A model generated the notes under the pieces. That model saw only the letters and a list, made by a program, of their open reading frames with translations. It ran no database searches and had not been told where the DNA came from. DNA of 64,000 bases from Neocallimastix sp. 'constans' (lineage: Eukaryota), in assembly GCA_050613775.1 (NCBI GenBank), contig JBODTK010000103.1, positions 310,001 to 374,000 on the forward strand, written 5' to 3'. Position numbers and translations under genes: made by a program. Position 1 is the stretch's first letter. Each line of letters starts with the position of its first letter. Of the stretch, positions 26,117 to 40,541 are shown piece by piece.

Positions 26117-27132
26117 TAAAACTGGAAAAAAATGTAATTATAAGATTTTTGCTTATAGAAGATACTTTATCTTATTATTTAAAAAATAAATTATAATAAA
26201 AAAAATAATTTTTCACATTAACAGTAAATTTTATTGTATACTATTTCAATATTAATTTCAAATATATTAAAATTAAAAAAAAATTTATTTTTAAAAATTT
26301 TTTTTTAATTTATATATATATATTTTTCTCTATACTTATATATTAACTAATAAATATATAAATATAATATATATGTTCAACCAATATTTATAGTTCTTTA
26401 TATTTCTACTACTTTATATAAATATATATATATAACAAAAAAGCCAACCATTCTAAATTAATATTATTAAAAGTCAACAATTCTAGACTAATATTATTAT
26501 TATTTTTTTTTTTTTTTTTTTGTATTATTTATTAATTTTTATATATTTATTTAATTAGTAAAAAAAATTTTTTTTTATTTTTCATTCTTATTAAACATGT
26601 AAACTTTTATATGTAATTGTTTTTTTTGTTTTTTTTGTTTTTTCTTAAAATAGAAGTAAATATATCATATAATTATGAATATATTAATTAACTATAATTT
26701 AAATAAATTATAGTTAATTTTTAATATAATTATAGTTCTTTAAAATTTATTAAAAGAAATTTTTTTTTTATATTACTATAATTATGAGTAATATTCCTTT
26801 TTTTATTTACTATATAGAAAAATAAATTATGGAAAATAAAATTAATATATATATAATTTTTTATTTTCTATTCATAATTTGTAAAAATATATATTAATTT
26901 CAAATATATTCATTTATGTAATATAAATATATAAAAAAAATTTTTTTTTTTGTTTTTTATTTTATAAAAGGGAAATTGTTGAAAAACAAAAAATAAAAAA
27001 TAAAAAATAAAATAAATAAAAAATGAATTTATAAAATTATATATTACTAATATTTATTTATTTTTATTTTTATTTATATTAATTTTTTTTTTTAATTTAC
27101 ACAAAAAATATAAATATATACATATTTTTTGT

Positions 27133-27163
<31 letters not shown>

Positions 27164-28058
27164 CTATGAAAATATATATTTATTACCTCAACCAAAAATA
27201 TTATATTAAAGGTTCGAATTAGAAGGTTTGAAATACTAAATGTGGAAGAGTCTAGAGATCGTTTGTTCTTAATGTTTCACAGTCTAAATATATATATATT
27301 ATATATGTATATTTATTAAGTAAATAGTTCTAGATTTTATTACAAAATGTTTTTCTTTTTTTTATTTTTTCTCCTAACAGGAAAAAATACTATATAAATA
27401 TTAATATGGTATAATATATCAATAAATTACATAAAAATACAAATATAATTTTTAAAGGAAAATAATTTTTTTTTATTTTCAATATATATTTTGTTTCATA
27501 CAGTATTTTATATAAAATTAGAAAGAAAAGAAAAAAAAAATTTTTTTTTTCCTTTTTTGAAAATATACTTTAAATAGAAATAATGAATAATATATAATAA
27601 ATTTCTATTTTTTTAATTATAAATATTCTTTATAAAATTTTATTAAAATTTTTTAATTAAGCCCAGTTTTTTGTTTATTTATTTTTTTTTTTTTTTTTTT
27701 TGAAAAAAAAAAAAAAAGATTATGAATCATAAATACGAAATTAATAAAAGAAAAAATAAAAAAATAAAAAATAAAAAAAAACTATTAATTATAATTTATA
27801 AATTTATACACAAAATGAAAGAAAAAGGAAAAAAAATTTTTTTATTTTTATTTTTATTTTTTAATTTTCTTTCTTTTCTTTTTTCTTTTTTCTTTTTTTT
27901 TAATTTTTTTTATTTTGAAACTTTCTTAATTAGTAAAAAATCTTTAATAAAAATTTTCCCAATAAAATAAATTAAAAAAAAAAAAAAAAACGGCAATTTC
28001 TAAATTAATAAATTTATTAATTATTTCATAAATATAAAATGATAGGATATAAATATAT

Positions 28059-28100
<42 letters not shown>

Positions 28101-28436
28101 CTAAAATAGGATATTATTAATACAAATTAATAATTTTTTTTTTTTAAAATTATTCATACATAATGAATGAACATATATTTTATATGTTTTTTTTTTTTTT
28201 TTTATGTATGTATGTATATCACCATGTCTATTGGAATTAAAATCATTTTTAGTTCATTTTTTGTTTTATTGTTATTAATGCTTTATTCTATTATACTACT
28301 TCATTAGTTATTTAATTTTATTTTTATTAATACTTTACTATTTTATACTACACTATTTATTTTATTTTAATTTTCACTTATGCTTTATTCTTTATTATTC
28401 TTTATTATGTTGTTTATTTTATTATAATGGTTTACT

Positions 28437-28471
<35 letters not shown>

Positions 28472-29969
28472 TTACTATTTATTTTATTTCATTTTTATTA
28501 ATAATTTACTATTTTATACTACTTCACTATTTGTTTTATTTTATTTTTATAAATACTAGACTATTTTATATTTATACTACTTTATTATTTATTTTATTTT
28601 ATTTTATTTTATTTTTTATTTATACTTTATTCTTTATTGCACTTTATTTTTTGTTTATTTTATTATAATAGTATATTCAATGATGATATATAATATATAT
28701 CATTCATTCATTTATGATACTTCACTATCCTAGTTATATTTGTATATTTCGCTCTTTATTATTATATATATTCATCGGTTATTCATATTATTATCAATAT
28801 GTAAGATCATTACATATCAATTCATTCACTAATCGTTCATTGGAGCCTCAATTCACTGCTTCACTCTTTTTTTTTTATACATTATCATTTATTTTATTTT
28901 ATATTATTTTTATTAATATTTTCTACTTTATTAAACTTCATTGTTTATTTTATTTTATTTTTATTAATACTTTACTATTTTATTGTAAATAATTAAATAA
29001 ATAAATATGAAATAGAGTACTATAAAAGAAGCTGAAGGAATCAAGATTTACAATATTATGACCATAGACGTAAATTTAGATGTATTTTTTGAGCCTTTTT
29101 CATTAATTTGTTCAAAACATATGAATTGATACAAAATAAAAGCAAATTCTTCTTTAAAATTATATATGGATGTAATTTTCGATCCAGAAAATACTAAATT
29201 TATTGATAATTTTATCATTTTAAGGAGGTTTAAATAATAAATAGAGGTAAATGTTAAAAACGGTTTGCAACAAAGATGATAATTCATATGCCATCAATAC
29301 CACTAAGAATAAAAATATTATTATTAAAAAATAAATTTGACATAAAAAATAAGAAAAGAAAATAAATTCTTTTAATTATGATTTATTAAATAATTATAAT
29401 TATCCAACCATATATTTATATAACAACAATTATCCAACTCGGTATAACAATACGATAAACTCAATAAAATTAAGTATAAACCAAAATTATTTATTTATTT
29501 AATATTATTATTATTAATAAAAATAATGTTAATAATCATAATAATATTTACAATGATGATTCCTATTATTATCTTCCAAATACTAATCAAAAAAATATAT
29601 TCCTTCATGAAAAAAAGAATAATATAATAAATAATTAGTATAAATTATTTCAAATTAATGTTTCAACCAGATTTAAACAAATTTAAATTCATTTAATTAT
29701 TATAATGGCTAAATAATTTTTTTATTTTATTTTATTTTATTTTATTTTATTTTATTTTATTTTATTTTAATTAAATTTATTTTTTATTTTATTTTAATTT
29801 ATTCTATTTGTACTATATATTCATATTCTACTATTTATTTTATTTTATTTTTATTTATACTTTACTCTTTTATACTACTTCACTATTGGTTTTATTTTAT
29901 TTTATTTAATCTGTACTATATATGTACTATATATTTATATTCATATTCTACGATTTATTTTATTTTATT

Positions 29970-30004
<35 letters not shown>

Positions 30005-30379
30005 TTTTTTATTGTAATTCTTTAAGAATTAGATAAAAAATTAATAAACCAATTATTAAAATTTGAATTCAATTTTTTATTATATAAATAAATGAATATA
30101 AATTTTACTTATTGGAATTTTTATTATTTAACCCTCTAAAATTCTCTTTATGTTGAAATCGAATGTGGTTCATTTCGCCAATTTTTATAATACAAATTTT
30201 CAATACGCCATTTATTTTAAATGGCTTGTAAAATTTTCGTTAACGCCATAAAAAATTTTAATAAAATTATATGTAAAAAAAATAAATGTATAAATAAATA
30301 AACAAATAAATAAATAAATAAATAAATAAATAAAGAATGTAATATGTATATAAAATAAAAATATATAGTAGAATAAAAA

Positions 30380-30605
30380 TATAAAGTACAGATTGAATAA
30401 AATAAAATAAAATAAATAGTAGAATATAAATATAATTACAGATTGAATAAAATAAAATAAAATAAATAGTAGAATATAAATATAAGTACAGATTGAATAA
30501 AATAAAATAAAATAAAATAAAATAAAATAAAATAAAATAAAATAAAATAAATAGTAGAAATATAAATATAAAGTATATATTGAATAAAATAAAATAAAAT
30601 AAATA
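30380..30605 (-). repeat. About four inverted copies of the 57-bp minisatellite unit
   Basis: gtacagattgaataaaataaaataaaataaatagtagaatataaatat is the reverse complement of the array unit. Confidence 0.85.
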
Positions 30606-30919
30606 TCTAATATTTTTTTATTAAAGAGTATTACAGATCAATGTTTTAGAAATGAAAATTTTTTACATTTTTATTGTATTCAATTGATGATGTAATTTAA
30701 TATATATAAAACAATATTATTGATTGTTAATAATCTCATTAAATATAAATGATTTTTTTGCTTTCTAACATATATAATTAAATAAAACATTTTATTTTTA
30801 AAAATAAATTGTCTTTAATATTCTTTAATAAAAAATAATGATAAATATTTACTTTATTTTATTTTATATATTTGTACTTTTATATTATTACATTCAATAT
30901 TTATTTAATTTTATTTTAT

Positions 30920-33190
30920 TTTATTTTATTTTATTTTATTTTATTAAATCTGTACTTTATATTTATATTTCTACTATTTATTTTATTTTATTTTATTTTA
31001 TTAAATCTGTACTTTATATTTAATATTCTACTATTTATTTTATTTTATTTTATTTTATTAAATCTGTACTTTATATTTATATTTCTACTATTTATTTTAT
31101 TTTATTTTATTTTATTAAATCTGTACTTATATTTATATTCTACTATTTATTTTATTTTATTTTATTTTATTAAATCTGTACTTTATATTTAATATTCTAC
31201 TATTTATTTTATTTTATTTTATTTTATTAAATCTGTACTTTATATTTATATTTCTACTATTTATTTTATTTTATTTTATTTTATTAAATCTGTACTTTAT
31301 ATTTATATTTCTACTATTTATTTTATTTTATTTTATTTTATTAAATCTGTACTTTATATTTATATTTCTACTATTTATTTTATTTTATTTTATTTTATTC
31401 AATCTGTAATTATATTTATATTCTACTATTTATTTTATTTTATTTTATTCAATCTGTACTTATATTTATATTGTACTATTTATTTTATTTTATTTTATTT
31501 TATTAAATCTGTACTTTATATTTATATTTCTACTATTTATTTTATTTTATTTTATTTTATTAAATCTGTACTTTATATTTAATACTCTACTATTTATTTT
31601 ATTTTATTTTATTTTATTAAATCTGTACTTTATATTTATATTTCTACTATTTATTTTATTTTATTTTATTTTATTAAATCTGTACTTTATATTTAATATT
31701 CTACTATTTATTTTATTTTATTTTATTTTATTAAATCTGTACTTTATATTTATATTTCTACTATTTATTTTATTTTATTTTATTTTATTAAATCTGTACT
31801 TTATATTTATATTTCTACTATTTATTTTATTTTATTTTATTTTATTAAATCTGTACTTTATATTTAATATTCTACTATTTATTTTATTTTATTTTATTTT
31901 ATTCAATCTGTAATTATATTTATATTTCTACTATTTATTTTATTTTATTTTATTTTATTAAATCTGTACTTTATATTTAATATTCTACTATTTATTTTAT
32001 TTTATTTTATTCAATCTGTAATTATATTTATATTCTACTATTTATTTTATTTTATTTTATTCAATCTGTACTTATATTTATATTGTACTATTTATTTTAT
32101 TTTATTTTATTTTATTAAATCTGTACTTTATATTTATATTTCTACTATTTATTTTATTTTATTTTATTTTATTAAATCTGTACTTTATATTTAATACTCT
32201 ACTATTTATTTTATTTTATTTTATTTTATTAAATCTGTACTTTATATTTATATTTCTACTATTTATTTTATTTTATTTTATTTTATTAAATCTGTACTTT
32301 ATATTTATATTTCTACTATTTATTTTATTTTATTTTATTTTATTAAATCTGTACTTTATATTTAATATTCTACTATTTATTTTATTTTATTTTATTTTAT
32401 TAAATCTGTACTTTATATTTATATTTCTACTATTTATTTTATTTTATTTTATTTTATTAAATCTGTACTTTATATTTATATTTCTACTATTTATTTTATT
32501 TTATTTTATTTTATTAAATCTGTACTTTATATTTATATTTCTACTATTTATTTTATTTTATTTTATTTTATTAAATCTGTACTTTATATTTAATATTCTA
32601 CTATTTATTTTATTTTATTTTATTCAATCTGTAATTATATTTATATTCTACTATTTATTTTATTTTATTTTATTCAATCTGTACTTATATTTATATTCTA
32701 CTATTTATTTTATTTTATTTTATTTTATTAAATCTGTACTTTATATTTAATATTCTACTATTTATTTTATTTTATTTTATTTTATTAAATCTGTACTTTA
32801 TATTTATATTTCTACTATTTATTTTATTTTATTTTATTTTATTAAATCTGTACTTTATATTTAATATTCTACTATTTATTTTATTTTATTTTATTTTATT
32901 AAATCTGTACTTTATATTTATATTTCTACTATTTATTTTATTTTATTTTATTTTATTAAATCTGTACTTTATATTTATATTTCTACTATTTATTTTATTT
33001 TATTTTATTTTATTAAATCTGTACTTTATATTTAATATTCTACTATTTATTTTATTTTATTTTATTTTATTCAATCTGTAATTATATTTATATTCTACTA
33101 TTTATTTTATTTTATTTTATTCAATCTGTACTTATATTTATATTCTACTATTTATTTTATTTTATTTTATTTTATTTTGTATACTTGTAC
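30920..33190 (+). repeat. Minisatellite, unit ~50-57 bp (AATCTGTACTTTATATTTATATTTCTACTATTTATTTTATTTTATTTTATTTTATTA), about 40 copies
   Basis: AATCTGTA recurs at 30947, 31004, 31061 and onward (57-bp period), with a few recurring variants. Confidence 0.97.
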
Positions 33191-33334
33191 TTACTATTGC
33201 ATTCTTTATTTATTTATTTTTTTTTACAAATAATTGAAAAACTAATTTTTCAAAATAAGTATTTAGAATAATATTGGATTATTAATAGAATAATTTTAAT
33301 TATATAATTAAAAAATATTTATAAAAATATAGAA

Positions 33335-33605
33335 ATGGAAAAAAATCTTATTATCGATATAAGTGAGTTTAACAAAGGAAAAAAATAAATTATTATTAAT
33401 AAAAAATATAAATTTAATTTTTCATATATAAGAAAAGATAATTCAAAAGTTTATGTACAGAAATAAATGTAAATCTTTTATTATTTTAAATGATAAGAAA
33501 GAAATCTTAAAATATGATAATTCACATAATCATCCTGAAAAAGAATACGATGTATCTCTATCTATAATGAAACATAAAATTAAAGATGGAATTGAAAAAT
33601 GTTGA
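33335..33605 (+). pseudogene. N-terminal remnant of a MULE transposase (FLYWCH/WRKY-like zinc finger region)
   Basis: MEKNLIIDISEFNKGKK*IIINKKYKFNFSYIRKDNSKVY/NKCKSFIILNDKKEILKYDNSHNHPEKE has a Cys...HxH pattern, an internal stop and a frameshift, and is truncated before any DDE domain. Confidence 0.65.
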
Positions 33606-34150
33606 TTTTTGACAAGTGGCTCAGTGATATAAAAGAATGAATGAATAAATGAATAAAAAACATTCAAACTAATTTTTTTAAACTTGTTTTTATTATATTA
33701 CTATAGTGCTTATTTTTATTATTATTATTATTTTTTTTTTATTTATTATTTAAACAGATATTTGTAAAGATATTTATATATGAAAAAAATTTTTTTAATA
33801 TTTAAATATTTACTTCAAAAAATATAAATACATCAATATTAATAATATTAAATTTTATTTATTTATTTATTTAATAATTCTCAATTTGGTGAAATGCCAC
33901 ATTTTTTAATACGCCACATGCTTTTAAAAATTGGCGAAAAGCAACTTGGCGAAATGCCCCACTCCCTTAAATTATATATAAAAAATTATATTTTTTTATT
34001 TTTATTTCTTTTAAAATAGTGTTATTATAATAGTAATCATAATACCTTTTATTTAGTATCTATTAGTATTATTTTAATTAATTAAATAGTATTAAATAAC
34101 AATCCTCCTTTTGTATTTTTATTTCTTTTTATTATTATAACATTTAATAT

Positions 34151-34188
<38 letters not shown>

Positions 34189-34508
34189 TAAAATTATGTT
34201 AAAAATAAAAAAATTCCTTTTCTTTTTTATTTATTTGAAAGATGTAGCAATAACATATCAATATAATTGCAAACTATTTACAACAACAACTATTACTACT
34301 ACTAATTATTAAATCAATTCATTATTAAAACCATATCAATATGACTGTAAACTATTTACAACAACTACTACTACTATTTATTAAATAGATTCATTTATTA
34401 TTAAATTATTAAATTATATTTTTATAATATTTTATCATATTTTGAAAAAAAAAAAAAAATCTTCTTTAACTTATTTATATATATATAATGTAATTTTAAA
34501 TGATTATG

Positions 34509-34552
<44 letters not shown>

Positions 34553-34956
34553 TTATATATATATATATATTTATATAATAATAAAAATAATACTAATAAA
34601 AAAAAAAATTATTATAATTGTATATAACTATATAAATATATATATGAAACTACGATTTTTATTTATTTGATTTATGCTGAAGATGATGTTTTTTCTTTTT
34701 TTTTTTTTGCTACGAAAATATATATAAAAAATAAATTGTACATATGAAATATATATAAAAAATAATAACATAAAGATATTTTAAATGTGAAAAATTGTGT
34801 AATTGCTATATTGAAAAAATAAAATAAAATAAAGTAATAATAATAATTGATAGTTGAAAAATGAAAAACAATAAATTATATATAAATACATAAATAACAT
34901 AAATACAAAAAAAAAAAAAAAAAATAAAAAAAAAAAAAAGAAAATAAAAGAAATTC

Positions 34957-35005
<49 letters not shown>

Positions 35006-35083
35006 CGTTTTTTCGTTTTTTCGTTTTTTCGTTTTTTTTTTTTGTTTTTTTTTTTTTTGTTTTTATTTTTTATTTACTAAAAA

Positions 35084-35418
35084 TTAAAGATTCATTTTAT
35101 GAATTAATTCAAGGAAATCATTACTTGCAGAGAACAAATCATTGTTTTTAATATAATTTTTCAAAAATGTATCATCTTGTAAATTATTGGCTACTGCAAT
35201 ATTGTTATTAGTTGTATCCATTATTTTATCTTTCATATTCATTAAGTTTTTATCTTTTGGTGTTGATTAAATAAATTATATTATAAATTATAATAGAAGT
35301 ATTAAACATTTGATTAGTTTTATCATTATTATATATAAACAAAGATTAAAATAATAAAAATAAGTACTATTTAAAATAACTCAAAAAAAAAAAAAAAAAA
35401 AAATAAAAATAAAAAATT

Positions 35419-35479
<61 letters not shown>

Positions 35480-38400
35480 TTAAATAACAAATAAAAAATA
35501 TATATAATTTACCTGTTTCATTATTTAAAAGACTTGGATCAATGAAATTGGTTGAAGAGGTTAAATTGGTAAGATTTTGTGAGGTCATTTGATTCATTGA
35601 TGATGATATATTAATATTGTTTGTTTCTGTCTTTACTGTTTGTGTATTCTTTGAGGAATAAATTGAAGAATAAATTGATTTAAGATTAGATGAAGTAGTA
35701 TTAGCATTCATAGCATCAATACTTTCTAAATCCGATTCTTTAATCTCAATATTGGCTTTACGAACAATCCATTTAGCATAGGCATAAAGATAGGTAGCTA
35801 ATGGTTGTACCTTGGATATTTTTAATAATTGAATATTATTTAAAATGGCTTTCGTGGCAGTGCGTCTTTCTTCTACAGACCAATTATTAGATTTAACAAT
35901 AAAGAGTTGAACACTAATACAAGTCATAATAGTTGTTGGGAGTTGAGCTAAAAAGAAGGAACATAATGGATGTGGTTCTGGAGTGATGGCCATCATTGAT
36001 ATAATAATATTTGTTAAATAAATTGCTGCAGAGGCACAAATATTTTTGGATTCAATTACGGTTGGGGTAATTGAGTTTGATGTTAATGAATAGACATGAA
36101 GAGCTAATTGAGCACGATAGTAAATCGCTGCAAGATATAATGGAAACATTGTCCATACTAAATCTTTTGGAGATTTAGATAAAGCAGCGGTAACTGGTGA
36201 ATTATTTTCTGTTTTGATTGTAGTTTCCAATATATTTGCTTCATTGGTTGTATCTATTTCAAGTTTTATATTATCTTTTAGTTTAATATTAGTTGAAGTT
36301 GAAGCAGTAGTTGTGGTTGGAATTGAAGTTGTAGTTGTTGTAGTTGTAGTTGTAGTTGTGGTTGTGGTTGTGACTGGAGTTGTGGTTGCGATTGGAGTTG
36401 CATCTATAGTTGCTTTTGCACTCATATTTGTAGCTGTGGTTGCAGTTGCGTCTACAGTGGATGATATGGATATAGTTGAATTAATTTCACTATTCACTAA
36501 ATTCATCATATTCATTTCATTATCATCTCTATATAAATAAGGTGGATCGGACCATTTTAAAAATTCTGGAATGGAATTTCTCCAATCTAGTAATTTTTTT
36601 TGATGAATAAGAACAAATTTTTCTTTTTTTAATGGATCTGTTTCTTGGGAGGCCCGTCTTTTACCGGCATTACTCCAACGTGATATTTCTCCAACAATTT
36701 CAAAAAGTTCCAGTCTTACAGATAACGCTTGAACGGTTGCCTTTTCTATCTTAGTCGTTTCATTTGAATCGATTGTGGGTGGTGGAATATCCCAATCACT
36801 ATCATCTATAATCATTGGACGACCTGTCATTAAAGCACTTTGTCTATCTAAAATATATAAAAGAACCCATGCTCTTCTAGTTTCATTTTTTTCCTCTAGA
36901 GTATGATCTTTACCTCTCAACATGAGATCACGATGTAATCCCAATTCATGGGCCATTCTTACGGCTGTACCGGTATAAGTATAGGTGGAATATCCCATTT
37001 CAGAACGTGGATTACTCATTGCAAGGGTTGAAAGAATAATAAGAGCTTGAACTGTAGGTAAACTTGGAATATCAAATACTTTTTGTAATTGATTTCTTGA
37101 CCAATCAAAAGCTAGTTGACTAATATCCGAAGGTAAGTCTTTTGGTAATTCTTCCTTAGGGATATATTTTCCAACGACAGCAAGAATACAATGTAGTAAT
37201 AACTGATAACCTGGAGCATCAGGATCATTATCTAAAAGAGAAGTAAATGCCTGTCGATTAAATAGTGGTATAATAGGATGAAGATTATCAAAGAAAAGAT
37301 CAAGAACCTTTCTAAAGTTTTCTTTGGTAGTAATTGGAGTAACATCTTCTACTCTAGAATGAATACTATCTTCTTTATTCGATTCTCCTTCTTTACGATT
37401 AGAAACTGAAGCAAGAATATTTTTTATATCACCAATAGAAAAAGTGGTTGCTTTCTTATCAGAGGAAAGATCACTAATTAAATTAGAGGCAAGACCTACA
37501 CAGGATGAATTACCAAAATAGATATAACCTCCAGAAGATTTCATATCAATAAAGGCTACTCCTAGATCTCCCTTATATACTTTTTCATCTGTTTTCTTTT
37601 CTTCAATTCCATTTTTAGGAAGGAGTGAAGATTTTTCGTTTACTATGGCATTATTATCTACCATACTTGAGGCCATTGAAAATGGATAATTTTGCAATAA
37701 TTCAGGATTAATATTATTAAGATTATACATTAATATATTTTCATTTAAGCCTTGTCGATTTAATGAACTTAATGGATTTAATGGATTTAATGAATTTAAG
37801 GAATTTAATAGTTTACTACGATATAAATTATTAATATTTAAGGTATTTAAACTATTTGCATTATTTATTGTATTCAAAAAGCCTAAACTAACATTTGTAT
37901 TTTCATTTTTATCAGAGATAAACAACGAACTATGATCACTTGGAATGGTTAAACCATTTTGACTAATTATTGGTGAGGTTCTGGTAGGTACAAGAGAACT
38001 TGAATTTAATTTAGCGTTTAAAGAAGCTGATTTCGATGAAAGTGTATTTATATTTACATTATCAGTATCATCGTCTGTTGATGAATTGACTGAATTTAAG
38101 TTATTTAATTGAAAATTATTTATTCTATTATTCATTAAAATATTATCTATTCCATTAGCGGTAGATGGAATATGTGAAGAATTCATATTATTATTATTAA
38201 GTGTTGTTGCATTGGATGCGATTATGGAGTTAGGAATATTAAAAGATCCTAAATTAGAATTGAGTGGTGTTGCTGTTGCGGTTGCTGTACTTACAAAATT
38301 GTTATTATTTAGGGTTGAAGCAGCTTCACCACCTGTATTTACATTTGAGGATTTAGAATTGAGAAGTAATTGATTATATAATGAATTATTGGTTAAAAGT

Positions 38401-40541
38401 TCTTCATTACCAGTTGTATTTTTAGTTAATTGTTTGAAAGAATTTTGAATTAATTCCTGTAATTTTAATTTCTGTTCTGAACTTTCATTTAATGAATTTT
38501 TTCTAGATTTATCGATTTCCATTTTATTGTTTGCATTTAACAAGGGATAGTTTGAATTTTTAAGAAGATCTATACCAATATTATTTGGAGATTTATTAGC
38601 AATGGCAGATTGATTTAATAGGGATGTTGGTGGTAATATGGGTGCTTGTGAAGAAACTTTAATAAAAGGTAAATTACTAATAGAAGTATTTGAAGTATTA
38701 GAATTAGTATTTGTATTAACATTAGTAGCCATTTCTTTTTCTTTTCTAGAACTGTTTAATAAACTTTTATATAAAGTTGAAGTTAGTGCAGAGGTAGAGG
38801 ATGGTATATTTGAAGAATTATTACTAGACCACGAGCTTGGTATTGTAATTGAGTTATTTGAGGTCATATAAGGTATTTCACTTTTTTCACTTGCTCCAAT
38901 GGCTTTAATTTTCTTACTTAATAGTTCCTCCTCTATCTTCTTATTTATAGAATTCAAAGAAGATATTTTATTATTTGCTATATTGGTAGTTGAAGTATTA
39001 CTATTTATTAAACCTATCCTATTTTCTTGATTGAATGGAAGTTGTTGTTCTTTCAAGAGTGAAGAAGCTAGTTTTTTATTAGCAAGATTACTTCGTTTAT
39101 TTGGTTTAGCTTTTCTTTTATTATTTTTTAATGATAACGCTGGAGAAAGTGGTAGTGAAGCTTCTAAAAGGGATTTAGGACTTGGATTCATTGTAGATAA
39201 GGCTGATGGAAATGTTGAATGAGTGGTATCAGTTATATCAGTTTTTGGTAACTCCGAGTTTGTAGCATTTAATTTTAATGAATTTAAGGTGTTTGAATTT
39301 GTTACAATATTTTTTGTTGCTAATGCAGATAAATTATTTTTCAATTTATCATTATTTTGTAATGCAGCTAAAGCTAAAAGATTAACTTGATTTTTTGAAT
39401 TAAGAAGATCAATAGCACCATTATTATTCAATGAAGCTTGTGAAGCTAATGCTAATAATTGAGAGGCATTGGGAGAAGAAATATTTTGTTTCAACTGTTG
39501 TTGAACGAGAGCACTCAATGTGGAGGTGGATATAGGATTAGTATCTGAAGTATGTTTATCAGGGTTGTTTTTAACTGAAGATATTTGTTGTTGATTTAAA
39601 AGTAAAGTATTTAGTAGAGATTGATTTAAGATTGTTGAGATATTTGAAGCTGAATTATCTGATTCTTGACCATTATTACTTAATGATGACGCAGATGAAG
39701 AAGCGCTGGCTTGAAGAGCATTTAAAAGACTATTTGTTCGACTGGAAGCTAATGAACTTGGAAAAGATGCACTTGAGGCAGCAGTAGCAGCTGCAACAGC
39801 TGCTAAATTTGTATTTGTATTTAATAATGATGATGCTGCCTTGGCTGAAGTTGTATTTTGTAATAGGGTAGAGGAAGGATTAGTTAATGAATTATGATTT
39901 TGTAATAATGACGCCGCTTTCTGTGATAATATTGAAACAGAAGTGCTTACTGCAGGAGTTGCTGAAGGAAGCGTCACCATTTCCTTTTTTATAGGAGCTA
40001 TTGGATTAATATTAGTTGAATTTGTTGAAGTTGATGTTGGTTTTGAATTTGCTTTTGATTTAGTATTTTCTGTAACGGTTTTGGTTAATAATTCTAAATT
40101 AGAATCACTAAGATTTTGTTTGGTAGTTAATGCTAAAAGTAATTCTTCAACTTTATGTAATCTTTCTTTTAAATTTACACGTGTAGAACCTTTTCTAGGT
40201 CCACGTTTTAATGGCTGCGCAAAACAACATTCTGACTCCGTCTTATGCTGTATACACGGTGTACAAGGCGATTTACCATCACATTTAATTCTTTTCCTTC
40301 TACATGCGTTACAAGCTTGTGCCGTTCTTTTTCTTTTTACGTTTGGATAAGTTTTATATTTATTATTTGGATTTGTAGAATCATTTGCTGATGCTATTGT
40401 TGAAGATCCAGTTGCAGAAGTAATAGGTATTAATGGTAGTGAAGTAATTGGAATTTGAATATTGGGAAGAGGAGCAACAGGTGTTATTGGAGGAACCGAG
40501 GATTTATTTGAATTATTTCTATATGGAAAATTGTAACCCAT
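35084..40541 (-). CDS. Zn(II)2Cys6 fungal transcription factor with a fungal-specific TF (middle homology) domain; exons 40541-35513 and 35253-35084 (~1732 aa)
   Basis: CNACRRKRIKCDGKSPCTPCIQHKTESEC (40313-40227) is followed by a coiled coil (LKERLHKVEELL). Later come FFDNLHPIIPLF, TVQALIIL, AVRMAHELGLHRD and RRAWVLLYILDR...GRP. The ORF tail runs into an intron (GTAAAT at 35512, AAG at 35254). Confidence 0.93.

Larger units (their letters stand above)
30161..33966 (+). mobile_element. Non-autonomous Mutator-like (MULE) DNA transposon with imperfect TIRs, subterminal repeats and a transposase remnant
   Basis: The left end gaatgtggttcatttcgccaa matches the reverse complement of the right end, gggagtggggcatttcgccaa, at 16/21. 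CGCCA motifs repeat at both ends and there is an internal transposase-like remnant. No clear TSD. Confidence 0.65.

Noticed and set aside
27211..27290. GGTTCGAATT B-box-like motif in a slightly GC-richer patch
   Set aside because: No A-box or cloverleaf can be built.
29020..29310. Coding-like patch and 79-aa minus-strand ORF
   Set aside because: No recognisable motif and no convincing exon structure; it may be a decayed fragment.
30920..33190. Regular arrays (also 52066-52455) as CRISPR-like
   Set aside because: They are head-to-tail units without unique spacers, with no cas genes, in a eukaryotic context.
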